In this document: positions 43,322 to 53,451 of the stretch, piece by piece
Numbering within the stretch: position 1 is the first letter of the stretch
How the letters are laid out: each line of letters opens with the position of its first letter
Source: Corallochytrium limacisporum Hawaii
Taxonomy: Eukaryota; Protista; Pluriformea
Length of the DNA: 64,000 bases
Direction of reading: 5' to 3'
Assembly (NCBI GenBank): GCA_002811645.1
Contig: PDIP01000122.1
Span: 247,143 to 311,142 of the forward strand
The notes under the pieces: generated by a model
Database searches by the model: none
What the model was told of the DNA's origin: nothing
What the model saw: the letters and a program-made list of their open reading frames with translations, nothing else
Position numbers and translations under genes: made by a program

Positions 43322-45664
43322 TTAAACCCCACAGTACCTTTTATAAAAGTTCACAACTGTCTGATTTGCACGTATGACCGTGCGATCTAAATGGCCAGTG
43401 ATGCAAAGCCCGGCCAGGGACTTTGCCCGACTTAACGCAACGTATGCCTGCCCGGCTTCGAAGCAGCGTGACAGATCAACTTCTACAGAGTCCAGGGTCA
43501 TGCCTTGCGATTTATGGATTGAGTACGCCCAAGCAAGTGCCAAGGGGACCTGCTGTCGACTTGCAATCGTAGCCCCGTCGCGCTTAACAGTGAAACGATG
43601 TGGAACGATGGTCATGGGTTTGGATGCATCGATCACAGAGAGATCGGATCTCCTGCCACTGTCCGTCTCAGAGGCGGAAGAGCTCGTGTGAATCACGTTG
43701 TGGAACAGTACACGCGGACAGCGCCAGCCATCAATCTTCCGAAAACCAACGACAATACCAGTTGCGCCATTGACCAGACCAAGGCGAGTATCTAAATTGC
43801 GCAGAAGCATGACTTGAGCACCAACTTTGAGTGGCAGCTTCGCGGGTGCTACCGTAGCGGAATTGAGAAGACGCTGGGTGGCTGTCGCATTGCCACGGTG
43901 ATCGAGGCTGTGATCCTTTGCAACCAATGTCTCCGGTGCCCCCAATAACTTGTCCAGCTCGCGCAGGTTAATGCTCATTGCCTCACTGTTGTGTGTACAG
44001 AGTTTGGTCGCCTTGACTGTAGACTTCAGGTTCTCCTGCGTGATATCTTGGAAGTCATCTAGAGGCTGCTCTTTCGTGACTGTGTCCGGTGTGACCTCAT
44101 TGCGGCAAGCGTTCAGGGCCGCGAGGTCCCCATCAGTAGTGTCCCCAACCCGGAGTCGATTCAAAATGTCAATTAACAAATTTTCACCTTGTTGACGATA
44201 GATTTTCTTCAAGTACACCGTACTGCCTATGCACTTCTGCATCACCCGCTCCCAACATCGTGCTTGGAAGGCAAAGCGGTATGATTCGTTCCGCTCACTA
44301 CTACCTTCCCGATGCCTTTCAACTGGCGGGAGCTGTAGAAAATCACCGCAGAGCACGACCTGCACGCCACCAAACGGTGCGTTGGACCGACGGGCCAGGC
44401 GCGCGACCCGTTCAAGGGCGTCGAAGTAGGTCGCAGAAATCATGCTTATTTCGTCAATAAAAAGAACTGAACATCGTCGCCAGCGAACCTCCGTACGCTT
44501 TGCGGCAACTTCAATAGCTCGATCGATCAGCGTTTTCTCTTCCTTGCCCTTGCACAAATCCAGGTCGGGCAGCACTAGGCCACTGAACTGCTGAATTGTG
44601 ATGGCACGCAGCAAGGTGGAGGCCTGGCCCGTTGATGCTGTGACACCAACCCCCATGCCCTGCAGCGGATCCTTTGCCTTGGCCTGCGCAATGGCCACAC
44701 GCAGGAGAAAACTCTTGCCTGTGCCTGCAGGTCCGGTCAGCAGAAGATTTTCCCGCTGGTCCAGCCGCTTCAGAAATCCACGCTGTATATCATCAAGCTT
44801 CTCATAGACATAGCCATCTACAGCAGTCCTTACCTTGTACATCTCTCGTGCAGCTAATCGGTTAAGACGGGCCTGGTCCGGACTGATCGGCTCATAAGTG
44901 TCGGCATCGAAGCGTGATTGTATTCGCCGTTCTGTGGCGGTTGGGAGTTTCTTCGTGGGAGGGCTGCGCAGATCAAAAGGTGGTCGGCCACCCGATGACG
45001 TGGATCTGTGTCCATTTCGAATATTGTCATCAAGCTCTTTGAACGGTGACCGTTGCACTAAATTCCGTTTCGAAGCTGCCTTGACATTTCCGTAACTTTT
45101 CCCCTGTTGTTGCCCCTCCGCGCCGAGATGTCTCGGGCGGAGCTGCCGGTTGACGTCAGCGATAAAGCTCTGAATATGCACAGGAGCGGCTCCAGAAATG
45201 AGAATCTGCCATCCTCGCGGCGGACAACGGACAGTGACCATTCCCTTTGTTGCAAATTTGGAGAAAACTTCAACTTCCCGCGGGAGACATTCGTAAACAA
45301 TTGGTGCCTCGTAGCTCGTCCCCCTTGCCGATTCGGCAACCCGACGTTCCGATAAATTAAGTAAAGCTAGACGCATGGCTTCCTTACCACCAAGCCCACA
45401 ACTCTCTTCTGCTTCTGCATCCCTGGGCCGACGTCCGCGTGACTTGCTCCTGTTGACGGCCTTCTGTCCATGGGCCACGACAGAGAAACCGATTGATATA
45501 TCGCTCTTCTGTGAATTCTCTGATTCTGTTCTCCGCCGCACTGCCCGTATTGTGGCATGCTTAAATACCTTTTCTCGCTGCATGGTGCCAGTGCTGGCAA
45601 TGATCTGCAGGCGAATACACTCTGCCCGCAGAGTTCCAGGGTCTCTGTCGCAGAGATCGTCCAT
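43322..45664 (-). CDS. PIF1: PIF1 5'-3' DNA helicase
   Basis: TGPAGTGKS, TASTGQA, IDEISMI, FGGVQVVLCGDFLQLPPV, LKVGAQVMLLRNL..GLVNG, QVPLALAWAYSIHKSQGMTL, GQAYVALSR. First ATG at 45664. Confidence 0.95.
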   Translation of the reverse strand: MDDLCDRDPGTLRAECIRLQIIASTGTMQREKVFKHATIRAVRRRTESENSQKSDISIGFSVVAHGQKAVNRSKSRGRRPRDAEAEESCGLGGKEAMRLALLNLSERRVAESARGTSYEAPIVYECLPREVEVFSKFATKGMVTVRCPPRGWQILISGAAPVHIQSFIADVNRQLRPRHLGAEGQQQGKSYGNVKAASKRNLVQRSPFKELDDNIRNGHRSTSSGGRPPFDLRSPPTKKLPTATERRIQSRFDADTYEPISPDQARLNRLAAREMYKVRTAVDGYVYEKLDDIQRGFLKRLDQRENLLLTGPAGTGKSFLLRVAIAQAKAKDPLQGMGVGVTASTGQASTLLRAITIQQFSGLVLPDLDLCKGKEEKTLIDRAIEVAAKRTEVRWRRCSVLFIDEISMISATYFDALERVARLARRSNAPFGGVQVVLCGDFLQLPPVERHREGSSERNESYRFAFQARCWERVMQKCIGSTVYLKKIYRQQGENLLIDILNRLRVGDTTDGDLAALNACRNEVTPDTVTKEQPLDDFQDITQENLKSTVKATKLCTHNSEAMSINLRELDKLLGAPETLVAKDHSLDHRGNATATQRLLNSATVAPAKLPLKVGAQVMLLRNLDTRLGLVNGATGIVVGFRKIDGWRCPRVLFHNVIHTSSSASETDSGRRSDLSVIDASKPMTIVPHRFTVKRDGATIASRQQVPLALAWAYSIHKSQGMTLDSVEVDLSRCFEAGQAYVALSRAKSLAGLCITGHLDRTVIRANQTVVNFYKRYCGV

Positions 45665-45920
45665 GCCTATAGATGTCCAATCTCCCACAACGCGCTTCTG
45701 TAAAGCTACCTTGCCATAATTTTGTTAGTCACCATTTCGCTGATCAGCGATTGTATTTCAAGACTTGCAACATGATCCTTACTGTAATTTATGAACCTGC
45801 TCCCATAAAATGGAAACTTTTATTCACATACCTTTTCATGTCAATGCTCCCGTTGTCCCTCGAGACCAGACCAGCCACAGATAACGGGGTGAGACCCGCT
45901 CTCCAACCCAACCTCAAATT

Positions 45921-45937
45921 TTCAAAGGTCTCCCGCC
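45921..45937 (-). promoter_or_regulatory. E2F + CHR-like composite upstream of PIF1
   Basis: The minus strand reads GGCGGGA-GACC-TTTGAA, about 260 bp upstream of the PIF1 ATG. A further GCGGGAA is at about 46050. Confidence 0.5.
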
Positions 45938-46216
45938 GGAATCCTTACCCTTGAATTTCCATAGTGAACTCAGATCCCAATCCAGGGAAGGAATCAAGCT
46001 ATGGGGAGGGGGTCTAATTTTGTGTATAAAAAGTCGCAAAGTGAGAATCGCGGGAATGTCGGCGAATAGGGGCCTTGGAGCGTAAGAAGTCGTATGATAT
46101 TTGAGGCACTAGAATGTCATCGTACACTCCAAGGTGATGCAAACACAGTTTCATTGGCAAAAGATTGTAATTCTGTTAATGTTGAGAATGTCTACGAACA
46201 AATTTCTTGTTTGGGT

Positions 46217-49200
46217 TCAAGCGAACAGCCTGACAGTGAACGTATCGGCCAAAGACACCTGGTGGAGGTCGACCTGTAGCGTGCCATGATCCTCCACATC
46301 TACACTCGACTCAACATCGCGGCCAACGACCTCAACCTTTTGCAGAGCTGGTCCGGTGTAGCCGTAGATGACAAGTTTTTCGACCTCAAAGTTGTGAGAT
46401 GCCGGCGCAGAACCGCGAGCAGGACTGTTGTGGATGGTGACATTGCCCTTGTTTGAGGTGACCTCGATGCCTGTGTACACAAATTGGGTTGGGTGATAGG
46501 TCTTGCCATCGTCGCCGTAGAAGACTCCCTTAGCATGACCGTTGGCATCCAGCGCAATGAACAGAGTGTACGGATCCATGGTCATCTGTGTGGTCGAGCG
46601 GCGGGCCCGCATCTTGCGTGGGACAACAGTGCCACTTCTCTGGAAGAAGGGAATGGAATAGTCAAAAACCTCGAGCGTAATGGTACTGCCACCGGAACCA
46701 GCCAGCTGGCCCGTCCAGGCATCATACCATCTAGTCTTGGTCGCGCTACCGGGCAGGTAGACCGTATGTAATTTCATACCCTTCTCAAGGACCGGAGCGC
46801 AGAGATAGGCTTCTCCAAGCATAAACTCCGTCTGCAAGGTCAGTTCTGGAGTATCGCGGTCGAGTTTGGTACGAGTATCAACGAGTTCATCCGTAAATTC
46901 GTACCACAGAGGCCGCATTACAGGTGCTAGGGTCGCAGAACTCTCGTGAAAGAGAGTGTAAATGTACGGAAGCAGCGAGTATCGCAGTCGCAAAGCATCA
47001 CGAATCAGGCCCGTGACCTCGTCGCCAAATCGCCAAGGCTCACGGCGCTTAGTGTCAATATGGGCATGTGCCCGCATGAATGGATAAAAGGCGCCAGTTT
47101 GGTGCCAACGGACCAACAGTTCCGGTTCAGTGTCTCCAAAGAAACCCCCAACATCCGCTCCGACATTGGCAATGCCACTGATTCCTGAGCTCAGGATCAT
47201 AGGAATGGACACTTGGAGATGAGACCACAGTGCCGCATTGTCGCCATTCCACACGGGGCCAATGCGCTGTGTACCGGTGAAAGCCGCACGGCTGAGCACA
47301 AAAGCACGCTCTGTGTGATCAGACCTGGCTAAAATACCATCGTAGGTGGCCTTGTGGAAATAGTAGCCAAAGGCATTGTGGATTTCTCGATGTTCCATAA
47401 TGCCAGGGAACGGATGTTCCAGCTTCTCACTGGCTGGTGCGTTCATCCAATCTTTCCAATTTCCGTGTACCACATCCTTTGGCATCGTAATCTCTGGTCC
47501 GCTGAAGACACTGGGCTCATTCATGTCATTCCAGATGTGCATGTTTGGTCTGGCCTGCGGAAAGACGTCCAAGGCGAACAGGTTACCCCACCATTCGCGC
47601 ACATCTTGCCTCATAAAGTCAGGCCACGAGGACAGTCCGGGCCAGCAGTCTCCTTCAAACGTTTTATTGGCTGCTTCGCGCAAACCACTTTCGGGCTCAT
47701 CCCACTGGTCCTCCTTGGGAAGAGGTATTGGACCTTGTGTAACAAAGAAGTCCTGCTCCTTGGCTCCGGAGTATACATGGTATTGAGAATCCTTTTTGAT
47801 GTGCGGATCCACAATGACTACTAAATGACGCCCTTCTTCGTCCAACTTGTCCATCATTTCACCAGCGTTTCGGAAATGGGCCTGGTCCCATGTCATGTAC
47901 TTTTTGTGGTCAGTGTGTTCAATGTCTAGCCACATAGTATCCATGGGCAGATCATTGTCGGAGAATCCCTGAGACACCTGAAGAACATCATCTACGCTCA
48001 CATAGTTCCAGCGACACTGGTGGAATCCCAGAGACCACAGTGCTGGCATTTGTGTGGTACCAGCAATTTCTGCGTGCTGTCTCATAACCTTACCAATTGT
48101 AGGACCAACAAAAATAAAGAAATCCATTGCGTTGGTCTCCGAGAACAAATGCGTTGTTATGTGGTCCACCTTCGATAAATCACCACTACTTCGTGATCCG
48201 AAAAAGCCATTCGCCCACTTCCCGAAAAGGCCTGGATCTGCATGGGCCTCAAACTTGGCAATATCCAGGACAGTCTCACTGCCATTGAGCCAGAGCACGC
48301 CGCTGCTGCGACCATTCTTGCTCACAGCAGTGACGAACGGCACAGTCTTGTAAAGGGGCGCAGGGCTGTCCAGCTGGTATTCGAAAACGTCCAGGTTGTA
48401 GAAGCGAATCGGCTCACAGATACCCGGACCACTAGTGTCCCCGTCAAATTGCCTGCGGGTACTCGGCAACGCGAGCTTCAGTGTATGCTCATTGGCACCA
48501 TATACATGGACAGCATTGGGCCAGCTAATGTCTACACCAACACTTCTGGGTCCCAATAATTTCCAGTCCGTCTTTCTCTGCCATGTCTCGGACCAGACAA
48601 CCCGTCGATCATCTTCACGATGAGATCGCTTTTCCCATGGTTTCGGCGCAATGGTCGACTGATGCAGCAGATCCCAGTCTTCCCTGAAGCGATTGACGAT
48701 GTACTCCCGATCACCGAGGGGATCCCTCCTCTTGCGACCAGGTCCATCTTCAGTCTTTTGCAATTTAGCAGGAGGCTGCTCATTCACGTCTGAATCATCT
48801 TGGGCTTCCACTTCTTCCACGAATTGTCCATCTTCGGTATCTCTGACGACCTTTTTCTTCCTCCGCTTGTTATTGCCTTTCACCTGGTTAGACTCTGGCA
48901 TACCGCCATCGGTGCGGTCGTACGGACGAGTCTCTTCATAATCCATCAACCCATGTCCATTTACTACAGATATGACCTCCTGCGTGCCCTTATCCACAAT
49001 TTCTATGCGGAACGGGCTCGCATGCACATGCACCTGTATATCCGAATTCGCAACGGCCGCGGTTATCTTCGCAACAGTCTTTCCGTCCCCGCTCAACTGT
49101 TGGTCCACAACCTCCATGGTATGGTGATGCAGTGGATTGTCAAGTACATCGTCCATGGTCATGCGGGCAAACTTTGTACTGGGCTCAGTAACCGTAAACC

Positions 49201-49552
49201 GGAGCGCGGGTTCCACTCCGTCCAGCGTATGACCTTCCCTTGACAGTGCCGTGATTCGCAGATTCAAGTGCATGTGCCGCTTGTCAATGTTAAAGACAGG
49301 AATATTCAGGCCAATTTCGGAACTTCCAACTCGGGATAATACCGCAATATACAATCCATCACCATCTGGTATTGCCCGGTGCCGCTGGCAAAACCCAACA
49401 GCTTCGCACTTTTTAAAATTATCATTTGTGCCTCCCTTCGGACATTCCTCAGGCACGACTGCCAACGATCCACCACCTTGTTCTCTAGTTAAGGCCATGA
49501 TGACCAGTGCGATCACCAAAAGCCACACTAAACGCTTCCACCGAAAACGCAT
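46217..49552 (-). CDS. GANAB: GH31 neutral alpha-glucosidase, glucosidase II alpha-like
   Basis: FKKCEAVGFCQRHR, RFYNLDVFEY, GFHQCRWNY, WLDIEHTD, IVDPHIK, catalytic WNDMNEPSVFSGPE, WNGDN, FYPFMRAHAHIDTKRREPW. Signal/anchor from MRFRWKRLVWLLV (acaATG, 49552). Confidence 0.92.
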   Translation of the reverse strand: MRFRWKRLVWLLVIALVIMALTREQGGGSLAVVPEECPKGGTNDNFKKCEAVGFCQRHRAIPDGDGLYIAVLSRVGSSEIGLNIPVFNIDKRHMHLNLRITALSREGHTLDGVEPALRFTVTEPSTKFARMTMDDVLDNPLHHHTMEVVDQQLSGDGKTVAKITAAVANSDIQVHVHASPFRIEIVDKGTQEVISVVNGHGLMDYEETRPYDRTDGGMPESNQVKGNNKRRKKKVVRDTEDGQFVEEVEAQDDSDVNEQPPAKLQKTEDGPGRKRRDPLGDREYIVNRFREDWDLLHQSTIAPKPWEKRSHREDDRRVVWSETWQRKTDWKLLGPRSVGVDISWPNAVHVYGANEHTLKLALPSTRRQFDGDTSGPGICEPIRFYNLDVFEYQLDSPAPLYKTVPFVTAVSKNGRSSGVLWLNGSETVLDIAKFEAHADPGLFGKWANGFFGSRSSGDLSKVDHITTHLFSETNAMDFFIFVGPTIGKVMRQHAEIAGTTQMPALWSLGFHQCRWNYVSVDDVLQVSQGFSDNDLPMDTMWLDIEHTDHKKYMTWDQAHFRNAGEMMDKLDEEGRHLVVIVDPHIKKDSQYHVYSGAKEQDFFVTQGPIPLPKEDQWDEPESGLREAANKTFEGDCWPGLSSWPDFMRQDVREWWGNLFALDVFPQARPNMHIWNDMNEPSVFSGPEITMPKDVVHGNWKDWMNAPASEKLEHPFPGIMEHREIHNAFGYYFHKATYDGILARSDHTERAFVLSRAAFTGTQRIGPVWNGDNAALWSHLQVSIPMILSSGISGIANVGADVGGFFGDTEPELLVRWHQTGAFYPFMRAHAHIDTKRREPWRFGDEVTGLIRDALRLRYSLLPYIYTLFHESSATLAPVMRPLWYEFTDELVDTRTKLDRDTPELTLQTEFMLGEAYLCAPVLEKGMKLHTVYLPGSATKTRWYDAWTGQLAGSGGSTITLEVFDYSIPFFQRSGTVVPRKMRARRSTTQMTMDPYTLFIALDANGHAKGVFYGDDGKTYHPTQFVYTGIEVTSNKGNVTIHNSPARGSAPASHNFEVEKLVIYGYTGPALQKVEVVGRDVESSVDVEDHGTLQVDLHQVSLADTFTVRLFA

Positions 49553-50447
49553 TGTATTAGAAAAAGACTCCGGCGACTCCTTTCGCCAGATCACAACATG
49601 TCTTATTGCATGTATTTTAGATTTAGCCGCATGATCCACCTTATGGGTCGGCCAGGGTATGGTTAGTGCCACAGTGAATACCTTGGTCTCTAATAGTAGG
49701 CCGAAAATCTTCCCAACGGAGCTCAGCGGCCCTTCTCACATCATCATCCTGACGGCTCTCGTTCCTCAAGGGCGACCCACCCCCGCGGGGGGTGACCAAA
49801 TGCAGACCGCGGTTGCAGCGAAACATCTGTAATCCCGGTTTGCGACCCGAAGGAAAAACTGACACCTGGAGTGTGGGGCAGTGGCCACGAACTTCGGCGC
49901 CCAGCTCCAATATCCTCCCCGGACCGGGACCCCGCCTTCCCTTCGCTGTCTTTTCTCCGCGACTGCGCCCCTCCACAATTGCAAACTCAAGAAGGAATAG
50001 TATGCAAAAAATGACTTTCGATTCACCTTTCTCGCGAAGCACGGGAACGCTCCGACTGTCTCAGTATTGAATTATTTGGTACGTCCGTCCGCGAGTGGAT
50101 AACGACTGCCGCGGCTGAAGGTCCTTTTTATTGCCGATAAGGTCCATCCGTCCCCAAACCCCACACCCCGTGGCGTCGTGGAAGGAGGTGGTATGTAGCA
50201 CTTTCCCAGCGGACGTGTGGCCAATGCCCCCAAGAGGGGGAGGAGGGGCCCGGGCCCGCCCCGTGGGGGGAGGACGGGTACCCGGCGACTCATTGCGTAG
50301 TCCACGTAGTCACTGGCAGGGACGGAGACGTAGAGGAACGTCGCCACCACTGCTGGGTCTGTCGCTCAACGTTAAGCGAGAGTCTATCCGTGTCAATATA
50401 CTGCACGCAAGATTTACTAACTATGTTGTTCATTTTCAAACTCCTTA

Positions 50448-51590
50448 TCAAGCAAAATCCATATGGTGGAGGTCACTGAGCATCTCCATCAAATCTGGAT
50501 TTGTGGCGACTTTGAGCATCATGCAGTTGAGGAATTCTTGAGTGCTGCTCAGGTCTTGCTCCAGATTCGCAATCTTTCGCTGAGACCACAGGGCGTAGTC
50601 TGTGAGCTCAGTCGAACTCATTGTCTTTATCTGTTCAGGGCCAACGTTGGAAAACATGGTTCCGTTGGACAGCCTACCGTCCGGAGGGGGTGATTGATCG
50701 TCGCAGAGAGTGGCACGCCGCAAACTTTCGATCAAGCGGTACGGAGTTTTGCTCTCGACAGTTTTGCCGTTCTTGTAGTTTATAATAACCGGTCCTGCCA
50801 TGGGCTCGGACGCTTTCCGCACCTTCACCATGATCTCCTCGGAGTTCAGAACAGCGAACTCTTTGCCCACATGCTCAAGTCCAGCCACTGTGATGCTCGC
50901 AATCCGAGTTGCATCAATGCCAAAGTTTCCACCTGTGATGGTAAGCGCGTTGTCATCTGTCATAATGCCGCATTCTGGAGAGATTTTCTCGATAAAAGGC
51001 ACGCTTCCGTGGTTGATATCTGCAGTAGACTTGCCCTTCTTCGCTAGTGTGAGTTTCTCCATTCTCTCCGTTTCCCGGGCTATCTCCTCTTGTTGCCGCA
51101 ATGTAGCCATCTTGATGGCATTAACATCCAAACTACTGTCCGTAAAGGTTCTCTGTCCCGTTGTCTTTTTGTAGAGTTTCTTGGCATTCAACTGCTTCGT
51201 GCCGGTGACGTATACCTCCAACTGAATTTGTGCGATTTCTTTCTGATCGCCTCTGCGGTATGACTTTACCCACCGTCTCTGCCCTTTCTGGTTTGATATC
51301 TGACTCATGGGCAACGTGGCTTCACCAGTTTCCTTGTCGCTGGTAGTGATCGACAACCGAAATGTCTCTGCACCTTTCTTCGTCGGATCCACTGGGATCG
51401 TACATATTGTATCGAACCGCATAAGATTGTTGGCATCGGGCGTTTCCCGGTCGGTCTTGAACTTGTTGTTCCCGACTTTTAGAGAACACTGGGCCCAACG
51501 CTTATTCTCTGCACTATGCCACTCATTCTTCTTGACGATGTACACAACAGCTGTCACCTCAGTGGCAACCTCTACCATGTCAACCGCCAT
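50448..51590 (-). CDS. C2 + IPT/TIG + C-terminal Rab11-FIP RBD-like protein
   Basis: N-terminal C2-like beta sandwich (CSLKVGNNKFKT..GEATLPMSQI..RRW..IQLEVY), IPT (PFIEKISPECG..LTITGGNFG) and a C-terminal helix resembling the FIP-RBD. ATG at 51590 (aagATG). Confidence 0.72.
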   Translation of the reverse strand: MAVDMVEVATEVTAVVYIVKKNEWHSAENKRWAQCSLKVGNNKFKTDRETPDANNLMRFDTICTIPVDPTKKGAETFRLSITTSDKETGEATLPMSQISNQKGQRRWVKSYRRGDQKEIAQIQLEVYVTGTKQLNAKKLYKKTTGQRTFTDSSLDVNAIKMATLRQQEEIARETERMEKLTLAKKGKSTADINHGSVPFIEKISPECGIMTDDNALTITGGNFGIDATRIASITVAGLEHVGKEFAVLNSEEIMVKVRKASEPMAGPVIINYKNGKTVESKTPYRLIESLRRATLCDDQSPPPDGRLSNGTMFSNVGPEQIKTMSSTELTDYALWSQRKIANLEQDLSSTQEFLNCMMLKVATNPDLMEMLSDLHHMDFA

Positions 51591-52456
51591 CTTGGAGGAT
51601 CTGTCTGTATTGGTCTCCCGAAGGATTTTCTCATCATGCGTCTTCCGTATTATGTGTCTGGTGACTATGATCAGTACCGTACCAGATAGCTGCACCGGAC
51701 CGCCACGTCGGGGCTGACATTAAATCAGACCCGCCGTTATATCAGGATCGCCCGACCCCAACCGACAGGTTCATACATGCCGGTTTTACGCGAATTAGCT
51801 CTACGTCTCCGTGCCCATTGGAAACCCCCCACCCCAGTATGGACTGCCGGGCCCTATCAAGTGATGAAAATAAAGCATCCGGATGAATTTATCTATTTAA
51901 TTAATAGTAATTTCTTGTAAATTCAAACTATCCGAGGTATTGTATATATTATATATAGAGTAAAAGGTATATGCAAATATGGAGAACCCCCCCCAAAGCC
52001 CGGTTCCCCCTGTTTTGCCTTTTGCGCTGCGCTCCCGAAGCTGGGCTACCATTGGCTAGCAGGGGAGCAGCAACACCCAACAATGAGAGTGAAAACAAAA
52101 GAGAAAACTAATTGCTCCGTTACCTGTCGGTTATGCCTTGGCACTCGCAGACTTACATGAGGATCCCGTACCCAAAACATAGACCTGGCTTTGGCTGCGG
52201 AGCAAGTTGAGTGGATGAATTCAAGCCAGTGAGGCTGTGGGGACTGTGTGAAGCGGCCTCTTGCTAAGTCTAGAGGGTATAGTGGGTTGCATGATTCTTT
52301 GTCACGTCTGTCTTCGGATTACGAATGACTGTTGAGATATTTAGGCTATGTAAAGTCAAGTATTGTTTTGACTTAAGTACGTATATCACTGTGTCTTAGG
52401 AACCAAGCGGGAGTTTAAACACAGATCAGTAACCAAAAACAGCAGAAGGAAGCACC

Positions 52457-52927
52457 ATGGGTTTCGAAACCGCTGGAGCTGGCACTCATTATGCCATTGA
52501 TGTTGACCAGTACGAAGAGCACTACCAAGATCAGCCAACCGATGACGCACCGGGAGTTGAGCAGTCAGTAGCCACAAAGGTTTCGCAAATTAACACCTAC
52601 ATGCAAGGTGGACGCCAATTGGAGGCCTTGCCGGTTGCCCTCGAAAAGCTACCTTTCGGCACCAACCCGAGCGCTGCAAAGGAACAGAACTTCACAGCAG
52701 TTCTCAATCTTCTTCTGGCAATCCCAACCAAGAGTATCCCTGACTCAGTAAAGAAGTTGGATCAGCAGCAGATTGATGAGCTCACTAACTACGTCTATGC
52801 TGGATTCGAACGAGCCCAAGAGGGTCACGCACATCTTTTGCAGTGGCATGCTGCCATCGTCGACGCCCCTCTTGGAGGACGAGGTGCTCTGATCCGCAGT
52901 CTCTGTCACCGTCAGCTGGCCATCTAA
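52457..52927 (+). CDS. ARPC5: Arp2/3 complex subunit 5 (p16-Arc)
   Basis: IDVDQYEE, ALEKLP, LDQQQIDELTNYVYAGF, LLQWHAAIV..GGRGALIR. 156 aa, accATGG context. Confidence 0.88.
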   Translation: MGFETAGAGTHYAIDVDQYEEHYQDQPTDDAPGVEQSVATKVSQINTYMQGGRQLEALPVALEKLPFGTNPSAAKEQNFTAVLNLLLAIPTKSIPDSVKKLDQQQIDELTNYVYAGFERAQEGHAHLLQWHAAIVDAPLGGRGALIRSLCHRQLAI

Positions 52928-53127
52928 CTGTGCAGCAGGTCTCGCATAAAAACCACCACATCTAAGATTAGAACATATAGCATTGCGACCACAATATTAA
53001 GAAGCGAGATGACTACAATGATGCACTAATCTGACTTATTTAAAATTCTATGATGTATGATGTATCATATGTTGTACGCTATGGAGGCTGGAAACATATG
53101 GTAACGATGTGATATGTTTGCATTGCT

Positions 53128-53451
53128 TTACTCAGTAAGGAAAGGATTACTGATCTCTTCAAAGCCGTCCAGTGGGCAGACCCACACGACGGTAGGTCCA
53201 CGGCAGACGGTCAGACCGAGCTTCCTTGTCTCTCCGGTCAGTGTGTATGGATCCTCAGGGTCCCGCAGGTATTCTACACAGTCGTCAATGACCAAGTTCA
53301 TTAGCGTATCGTATCCCTTCAGCAAGCCGTCGACCTCCCGTCCGCCTGCGAACTTAACTTTCACCCTCTGTCCAAAGTATTTTGAAAGATCAAGAACAAC
53401 CTTCTTTTCCTGCTTGCGAGGAGGCTGGCTCTGTTGTGCGTTGTCAGTCAT
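53128..53451 (-). CDS. LSM7: U6 snRNA-associated Sm-like protein LSm7
   Basis: LDLSKY..VKVKFAGGREVDGLLKGYDTLMNLVIDDCVEYLRDP..TRKLGLTVCRG..EEISNPF. Confidence 0.96.
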   Translation of the reverse strand: MTDNAQQSQPPRKQEKKVVLDLSKYFGQRVKVKFAGGREVDGLLKGYDTLMNLVIDDCVEYLRDPEDPYTLTGETRKLGLTVCRGPTVVWVCPLDGFEEISNPFLTE

